NCBI GenBank assembly: GCA_047495785.1
Contig: JBLDXI010000017.1
Span: forward strand, 1,116,001-1,180,000
Length of the DNA stretch: 64,000 nt
Reading direction: 5' to 3'
Origin: Lepidodermella squamata
Taxonomy: Eukaryota > Animalia > Gastrotricha
Shown: in pieces, positions 14,401-23,600 of the stretch
How positions within the stretch are numbered: the stretch's first letter is position 1
How the letters are laid out: every line of letters starts with the position of its first letter
Notes under the pieces: model-generated
Seen by the model: only the letters and a program-made list of their open reading frames with translations
Databases searched by the model: none
What the model was told of the DNA's origin: nothing
Translations under genes and position numbers: made by a program

Positions 14401-15592
14401 TCCAGAAAATGGAAAAAGGAGTCGGCGTATTCTGCCTAGCCGGGCTCGACCGTTTCATGGGTTTCATGATTGTTCGGCAACTTCAAACCATTTTCCAGCA
14501 TTTGGAACGTTCGATTTTCAGATCGGGTGAAGTTGCGACGAAACGATCGGCGAATATTGAAGAAGCCGCCCGAGCCCTTGGGCAGTTTGCCTCGTTTTGG
14601 AGTGACTACGCCTCGTCGCCTCATAGCTCGAATATCAGCCCAGATATCGCCTCGAAGTCTTACGGCCAGGCCGCGTCCCGTTTGGCGAATGAAATCGCAC
14701 CGCTGATTGATGGCGTCGTTAAGGTGGGCCAGTTGCAATTGCTTCGCATGCAATTTCAGTTCCAGCTGTACAACACGTCTCGTTTCGAGTCGAAACTACT
14801 CGCCGGGGCGTTGGAGGCGCTAAATGAGGCCGTGTTGACCGAAGCCCGCAGCCGGCCGTTGCCGCCAGAGAGTGATTTTGTGTCCGAATTAACGACTTAC
14901 CTCGAATCGACTGGTATGACAGATCCGTTGGAGAAAATCTACGTGACGAGCCGGGCTTATCCTCGTCTGCCTCACCTTCTAGCCGTTTGCGTTTGGTCGC
15001 TGTTGTCGAAATTTGGCTTTTCAGCCGGGGCTGGCGTGTTGATAGCGAAAAAGGCGGCTTCGAGCTCTGATGCGACTGTCGACGCATTGCCATTCGCGGT
15101 TGGATGCGCGACCGTGTTGAGGCAGCTGCATCCGAGTTCGATGGAAGTTTTCGCCAAATTGTTGTGCCATTTCGCCTCGGCTAGCACTTTGCCTACTCCT
15201 CCTCGAAAGTGAGAATTTTAGAAAGTTCAATTCTTAAACATTTTTCAAATTTGTTATTTTTGAAAAATTGGATTTAATTCTGATTTTCAGTTTCGAAAGA
15301 TGGACTGATATTTTGAAAATCACCAAAATGCTTATTTCGAGTTAAATTTCAAATTTCAAATTTGAATTTGAATTTAATTTCTTGAATTTGAGATTTTTTA
15401 TTAAATTTGATTTAATTTATTTTCAGTAATGTTCCAGTAAAGGCGCCCGTCATATCTACGGAAGCTATGTTGGCGCTGGTTTTCGCCGACGAATTCGCAA
15501 ACGCTTCCCGTTTGGACCGAAAATTCATGGAAGATGCTGTTCCTTCTTACATTCTATGCGCTTACCGGACTCAGCTGGAAAGCTCAGTCTAA
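11482..15592 (+). CDS. WASHC5: Strumpellin, WASH complex subunit 5
   Basis: N-terminus [30 protein letters not shown], plus [14 protein letters not shown] and [15 protein letters not shown]. Five exons; the last (15427-15592) is in frame. Confidence 0.96.
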
Positions 15593-15859
15593 CACAACTC
15601 GCATTCCGTTAAAATATATTAATTTTAGTTGTGAACAAAATCCATCTTAAAAAATGGTAAAACTGCGCAATATTTTCAATCGAGTGCTTACATAAAAAAA
15701 TGCTTGTTATTATCACGAGATGAAAGAAAACGATGATTTGCTATTATACCTACCTATTGATAATTACACCGTGATTGAAGGGCTTTCAAATTCTATCGAT
15801 AAAAACGCGATTTAATTATCGTTGCACTTTTTCTCTAGATAATTTACTTCAATTTTTGT

Positions 15860-18689
15860 ATGGGCAATAAAGAATCAGTTTCAAGCGGCAAAAACCGCCA
15901 TGCCTCGGGCGACCATTCAGGCAGCGCTTATGGCCCGGCGACTTTCGGCGGAGGCCGATCGTCAGCTACCACGCCGCCGCCAGCTCGCAGTTCGCGGCAC
16001 GTCAGCGAAAGTGATAGCCCCTTCCCGATGTCTCAACCCTCGACGCCCGGCGCATTAGGCCCGCCGTCATTCAACACAGCAACGACGCCGTCCGGTAACC
16101 ACTTGTCAGTTTCACAAGCGTCATCCGTCGCGAGCACGGGCCCGGCGAATAAGCTGTTCATGCCGCCGGTGATTGATGCCGACATCGAATTCGACCCGGA
16201 GCGGTTTGGCCAGAAGAGCGCGGGTGAAATACCGCGATTTCGCACGTCGACCATATCCGAGGGCACGCGGATAGACAACAAGAAGCTGCCGTCTGTGTTC
16301 AAGTGGGACGGCCACAACGTGCGCGAGGTGTACATTGTTGGGTCTTTCAACAACTGGAAGGCTAAAATTCCGCTGCGCAAGTCGCAGGAGATTTTCTACA
16401 CGATCGTCGACTTGCCAGAGGGCGAGCACGAGTACAAATTTCTCGTCGATGGCCAGTGGAAACACGACGAAAGTCAGGTTAGCTCAACGCTACTACCTAA
16501 TACTTGTAACTCGAAATTTTGGGGGACTATTCAAAGTTACGACCATGAAGAGTAGAGAGAAAGGAATTTTTTGGAGAAATATCGAAGCGGTCAACATTAC
16601 CGCTACTTGAAAAAATATATTGGTTGGGATGGACAATATTTTTTTCTTAACTGAACGCGAAATTTAAGATTTGTTGACGTTTAGGGCAACATTTTGGTTT
16701 GATGCAAAAACACAACCAACCCTAATTGAAAAATTGATCGATAATGCTTCATAAATTTTGCACTTTGCACATTTACGTGACCTGGAACTTCCTTTTGGCG
16801 AAACGAAAGAATGGATCGGACTAAAAAATATTCAAAAATTATCTCTTTGGACCGGTAGATGATTTGGATGGCCTTTAAACTGCGAAGTTGAATGAATGAA
16901 AAGTAAAATGGGTTTGATAATTTTAGTTTCCCCTAAATTTCTTAGTTTTATTGTTGTCTCACACTATTATCCAAATTGAAAACGCCGCATTCTGCAGGTT
17001 TTAGGATGTGCAGCAATTTTAATTTTGACCCAATTTTTCTTTCAATTCAAAAAGCCTTCCTCGCCTCAAAATATATGGCCTAATTAATATTAATAAAGGT
17101 CTCTAAAAAATGAAAATTGCTGATTTAAGAATTCGTCAAATTGTTTAAGACAAAACTATGGGTTCCATTGTGGATGTTGTTTCCCTTTCAAACCCCTTTC
17201 AAACATTCCCTTTGACAATGTTTTTTTTACTATATTAAACAATTTGACACATCAATATTGAAACTGAAAAGAATTTTGGGAAAATCTGAATGCGGTACCA
17301 ATGCTTAATTAATTAATTTAATTCAATACCTATATAACCATTTTATTCGGTTATTTTACCGGCCAGGGCTAGGGTTAAGTTAGGTTTAGAGGCTGGGTCT
17401 GGAAATTGCGGACTTCGAACTGATTGGAATAATTTGGTACAGAATTCAATAATTTGGTAATGAATTCACTATATCCCAAGAATTTTTATTGTAATTTTAA
17501 ATTTATCTCTAATTTTTGTTCATTTTTTCAGCCCCACCGGCCTAACAACTATGGTTCTCACAATAACACGATTTCTGTGAAGAAGACGGATTTCGAGGTG
17601 CTGGAGGCGCTGGCAATCGATAGTCACAACAGCGCTGCAGCGGGCACGCCAGCAGCCACAGGTCGCTTATCTTCTGTCAATTCACAATCATCACCCACTC
17701 CACCTTCAAGTTCTTTAACTGCGCCATATGGCGGTACATAAAAAAGCGGGAATAAGTTGAAATAAGCGCGACAGCTAGCATGACAAGAAACTATAGCACA
17801 CGCGCTCTAAATTTATGTTGTGTGGTGATCCCCCCAACTCACTCAATCACTACTCATTTGCCCATTAATTTTGTTCGCCTTGTTGTGCTAATTTCGTGCC
17901 GTAAAATTCATTCGTTCACGCCCCAAGCTTCAAGGTAACAGCCGTGCAAAAAATATTATGTCCCTCTATTTTCGACTCCGCGCCGCGCCGAACAGGAAAA
18001 ATGTACTGCACGACCTTTGTTTTTAGCCTTTTTCAAGTAATCTTCTTCCGTTTTCTATGCGAATGGGCTAACTTTGATAGACTTTTGGCCTGTTACCTGT
18101 TGTTTTGTGAAATTTAATTTGCACTGCTTAAAAGTTGTGTATTTTATGTATAACCATACCCGAAATGACTCAATTGATGCAAGGACGAAACAAAAAATTG
18201 AAAATCGAAAAAATGTGTTTCCTTCCTGTTCAATTTCAAGTCATACATGTCCCAAGAAACTAACGTTGAATGTGGGATGATTTTTTTGTATTATTGGCTA
18301 ATTTATTTTTTAAATTTCCAGGTACCTTCGATAAACCAGAAGAGTTTCATCAAAGAGTGCCGCCGAAGCTTTCACTCGAAAAGGGCAATCCGCCCACACT
18401 GCCGCCTCATTTACTTCAGGTTTGTGAAAAAAAATTCGCAAAATAAAGGAGGATTTTTTTTAATTTTTCAATTTTTTTTCTAATTTTACATTTCCTAATT
18501 TAGGTTATTCTGAACAAAGAAACCTCGGAAGAATATGACCCATCGTTGTTGCCCGAGCCGAACCACGTGATGCTCAATCACCTCTACGCGTTGTCGATCA
18601 AGGACAACGTGCTTGTGCTAAGCGCCACGCATCGTTACCGCAAGCGATTCGTGACGACTCTTTTCTACAAGCCGATTAGCAGCTCTTAG
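15860..18689 (+). CDS. PRKAB1: AMP-activated protein kinase beta subunit (PRKAB1/2 family)
   Basis: MGN myristoylation start, carbohydrate-binding module (VYIVGSFNNW...YKFLVDGQW) and C-terminal PPTLPPHLLQVILNK...LPEPNHVMLNHLYALSIKD. Exons 15860-16477, 17532-17661 (or about 17733), 18322-18419 and 18504-18689. Confidence 0.95.
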
Positions 18690-20612
18690 ATTGCGAACTG
18701 AATGAACTGATTGATAGAAATGAATGAACTGATGATACCTGTATGTCTCCGCTCGATCATTCTGATAAATATATATACATAGAATAATAATTGTTATTTC
18801 GAATGTACAATGTTTATACACATCTACAGAACTTCCCGGCTCTTTTTCGCCAAAAGCAGTTCAGAAACTCGAACGAAGATTCAAGACCCTTTTAGCTGTT
18901 TCGTCGAAGAAATTTCTTTATTTTGGACCCGTTTCGTTTACACATATGAAAACCAGCTGCGTAAACTACTGACAGATGTCGATGAAAAGTTGCTACCATA
19001 GTAATAAAGTATAATATTTTGACTGCTCTTTGAATGATTCCAAATTTCGTTGACGTCGAGTGAAAACAAACTACATTTGTGCATGTATAAAAGGTAAAAA
19101 AAATCAAACTTGCATCTTAACGCGTCTTCTCTATCACCATCTCTCTCCCTTCGTAAATTTGGCGTGCATAAATTCGTTTCCACGTTTGAAGAATGAGAAT
19201 ATAACATTTTGGTGTACATCAAAGCTGATTCATTTTGTGAGGGAAAAAATGAAAAAGTGTGGGATATCGCCAAATATTTACCCTGATTGTAACCTCTTAA
19301 AATTATATTTTTTTGCGTTTGCTACCAATTTCAATGAAATATGTGTAAAATGAGGGATTACTATTGTAAAAAATTGTACAGCGGCTATTTACTATACTTT
19401 CAACGACACGCTGTAGTTGAAATTTTGATAGCAATCTATTTCGAAATAGCCTGCTAATAATCTTCGTGTCTTCATTGTTGTTGTGTTGGGAAAATTGCTG
19501 CTCGCTATCGCGCGGGTGCTCTATCTTGAAGTCGCTCTCTCGCGTCATTGCCTGGAAAGAAAAATTTATATTCTCTACTAAAAACCCATGAAAATTAGCT
19601 GTTAATTGCAGCAGTCGAACGGCTAATATTTACTACCCTTCTAGTGAAATCTTGATACTTCGTCTCGAGTAAAATGAAGAATGTAATGCACGAAATTGAA
19701 TGAAAATCATAACGAGAAGATTGAATGAAAGTGCCGGTCGGTATTATAATGTCATTATATCGGTAAAGAAGTAAAAAATGCCACGGAATGTTGAAAACTG
19801 TGTTGTTCTTTTCTATAATTTTGCCCCACGGTTCGAGGCCTAGTGAATTGAAATGCAGGGCTCTGTATCAGGTGATGAGAAAAATTGTCATAACTGCCAA
19901 TGGAATCAACAGCCATAAATAGTTGATGTTGGAAATTGACATTTTGAGCCGAAAACTTCCAAGTTGAAATTTTTTTAACTTATTATTTTAATTTTTTTAA
20001 GGGATGAACTTCAAAAGGCTCTGGAGAGATTTCAATGCGGCTTTCAATAGCTACTTCTTTTTACCCCTTGAGCTACTTCTTTTCAGCTGTTGATTGTATG
20101 CAACACTTACGAACATTGTTATGGCTGGAACTTGGAACACGTTGAAAATCAGAAACACATTATGCATAGCGCCTAGTTTATTAGAACATGATGACTTCGC
20201 TATTTAGATGATGGCAAACAGATTCAGGCAGAGAATTTGATCTCCTAAACAAAACAGAAGTTTCAAACAGCGAGCAAAAAAATAAATTTTGATGAGCAAG
20301 CAAGCAATACTAGTGAGAATGATGAACTGTGAGATTTCAGAGAATAAATGAGTTTGATTAAATGGCATATTCTGATTAAAGAGTGGCATTTCAACTATTG
20401 CACGAGAAATGGAGTGGATTTGGCTATTGCAGGTCAAATTATTGCAAAAAATAAACAGGCAAAATCCAACGCGGTTAACAAGGATTTCAAGGAGTCAAAT
20501 GCAAGGATTTCGCATCACAGAAAACAAGCCATCAAATAATTTAGATAAAGGCTATCAACACAATTGTTCAAATATATATCTGGTCTCTTTGATTGACAAA
20601 AATTCGATGATT

Positions 20613-23600
20613 TCAACGACGGTTCATGTCAATTGCACCCAGGGCAAGACGCGGACCGGCAAGTCCTCCGTTGCGGCGGCGGCGCGGCAGTCGACGTGGC
20701 TTTTCGCCCGTAGCGGTTTCGTACGGATAAATGTAGACCTTGTAATCCTTGGTGGAAATGGCCACAGAACGACCGCCATCGATCAGGCAACAGTCAAGAA
20801 CGCCTGGAAATTACGTTTCAAAATTTCGGTTTTTAAAGTGAAAAATATTTACCCGCATGTTTCACCTCGCTTTGGTAACCACGAAGAACCTCGCCAGAGA
20901 GTCTATAAAATTTTCAGATGATAGAAATTCCAAAATGATTAAAAATCTTACGTGAGGATTGTGATGTTGAATGTTTCGTGGTTATCACAAACAACAAGTT
21001 CTCCTCGGTGATTGATGTCGACGCCGACAGGATACATGATGTAGTCGGTACCCGGGTGAATGATGTTGAGCAATTTGCCATTGTAGTTGTACACCTGAAA
21101 ACAAACAATTGAAACGACATATGACCTATGAATGAACATCGTTAAAGCCGCAGAATTCATAAACAAAATTAGGTACGGCCCTAAAACGAGTCGAATGAGT
21201 GTCTCCCACTGACCCTGCTATTGCTTAGTTTTTGTGTTGTTTTAAAGAGCGCAGCTTTCGCTTTAGCGCCCTGAGACCAGCATCAGGTGATGGTGAGGAT
21301 ACATACCTTAGACACAAATTAAATTCGCAGATGGTTAAATGTTAAACGGACTTCAATTCCGACCACCCTCTGCAGCACAACTAAACTCAACTCTACGAAT
21401 ACATCAAAATTAGAGAACGATAAAAATTCGCTTTTACATAACATTAAGACCGCGCGTTGTCAAGCACTTGTTGTACCAGTAGAAAAATGTATAATTAATG
21501 TCGCTGAATTCGAGTAATTGGACATAAAAACTATTTGCCTCAGTTTGGCAATGACCTGTCTTACAAAATATGAACATATTCAGCCTTATGCGCTTAGCAG
21601 CAACCACTGAATTTACCTTTCCACTCCACCACAACAACCAAAGTTCAATCTGAAGAGTTTACATTAGGAGCCAGTTAAGAGGGAGCAAAGAACGTAGGAT
21701 AGCGAGCATAATTAACTGAAAATCGGCATCTTTTCACCCTTTTCTTGTAGGGTACAAGATGGTATAAATATAGATATTTTTCACGTTTTGTTTAGAGCGC
21801 GTAGTGTTTGACTCGGCGCCCCAAGAACCCAGAAAATAGTCAAAAAGATGGAATGAAACAAGACAACGAGATGGAAGATAACGAATGAAAACAACCAATT
21901 TCGTTTCTTCTTGTGTATTTTCGTTGTAAAGAGCGCAGCTTTCGCTTTAGCGCCCTGAGACCAACATCAGGTGATGGTAAGGATACATACCTTAGACACA
22001 AATCAAATTCGCAGATGGTTAATTAAAATGTGGCAAAACTTTTAACCGCCCGCTGAAATCTGATATCAATCAATCTATCGCATAGCTCTAAAAGGCATGA
22101 TGTTGATTATAGCATTGCAAAGAGCATGCATATACTGCTGCTACTGGAATGACATGCAAGAGCATTGTTAGAAGGAGGTTAAACACTCTTCAGGATCGAG
22201 CATGTCCGAAGTCTCATTCAAACTCCGCCTCCTGCGAGAAAATGAATTGAAATGCATTCCTGATTTTCTTCGGCTAAATGGACGCTTTGACTCTGGTTAG
22301 GTCTTCGACTGATAACCCGTCATTCTCGACGACTAGTGATATTCAGGAAAATTTCGATCAGTACCTTTTGCCTTCATTTAACGCAGCAAACACGAGAACG
22401 AGAGTTGATGCCCTCAAAATGAGGAAAGAAATCGAAACAGCGCTGACGCTCTTCGTGTCAGTCAGCAATATCAGTATTTCTTGATTATTTAGTTTTAAAG
22501 AGCGCAGCTTTCGCTTTAGCGCCCTGAGACCAACATCAGGTGATGGTAAGGATACATACCTCGCTCACTATGTCCCGTTCGCCCAGCCTTCGCGCTGCTG
22601 CTAGCCTGCACCCCTGTCTCAGGTGGTTTGCAGTCTGTTGTAAAATACGATAGCTGTTACTATTAGACAACCCACATAAGTGGCCCGGCCCAGTTAACCT
22701 ACGGGTTGGGGCCTTGTGTATTTTCGAATTTTCCGACAATAAACCTTAGACACAAATCAAATTCGCAGATGGTTAAATTTGAATACGACTATTTTTCGAA
22801 CCGACCGCTAAAAGCTTGTATCATTAAACCTAGCGCATTGCGTCGAGTATATCAGTATGTTCAAACGCGATCGAACGAGGAAGCGCTATCACGCCGGCAC
22901 GCAGAGAGGTTTACTGTAAGGCAAATGGTAGGTTAGCAAAGTAAGCGTGAATTGAACGCCGAACTTTTGTGACTCTATTACAGCTTTATTACATGCCTAA
23001 AGGTTTAGCATGGACAGCTCTGAAAGGCCTCGGTGCATGCCAAACACGCTAACTAATATTCTTCGATTTGTAGCCAGATTCTGCAAAGATTGACCACTCA
23101 ACCAAAATATCAGCGTCATGCTATATCGCTCTCGTCGTTTAGCATCTGAGAGGAGAAAAGGTTCGAAACATTTTGAATTACTTATTGAAAGTGAATTCAC
23201 GTTTAGGATTCAGAATTGTTAATTTAGCGAATTAGTTAATTACAAATAAACTGCGACGCTAGCGCTGACGCTCATAAGTCGAAAAATACTGAAAGTAATC
23301 AAATACACGTCTAACAGGCGCGAACGTTTTGAATTCTGCTTATGTTTTCGGTTTTAAAGAGCGCAGCTTTCGCTTTAGCGCCCTGAGACCAACATCAGGT
23401 GATGGTGAGGATACATACCTTAGACACAAATCAAATTCGCAGATGGTTAAAGTTAACAACGACGGAATTGTCAACCGGCTGCTGAAAGATGATACCATTA
23501 GACGCAGCGCATGATTGCTTTTGAGCAACGCTCGTCTAGCAGGCCATTCAAGTCAGCTGTCCATTGACTACAAGTTTCAATTATGTAATAAGCTGATGAA

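Noticed and set aside
17365-17398. Telomere-like AGGGCTAGGGTTAAGTTAGG
   Set aside because: Too short and degenerate.
21928-22020. Plus-strand reading as a flatworm-type SL (…GATG|GTAAG) or a 38-nt mini-intron ending TCGCAG|ATG
   Set aside because: Stems need G-U pairs and a GNRA loop that exist only on the minus strand, and the fixed-spacing promoter-like block is upstream only for the minus strand.
22682-22714. HDV-like ribozyme in the insertion
   Set aside because: GC-rich stems are present, but I could not build the P1.1/L3/J4-2 nested pseudoknot.
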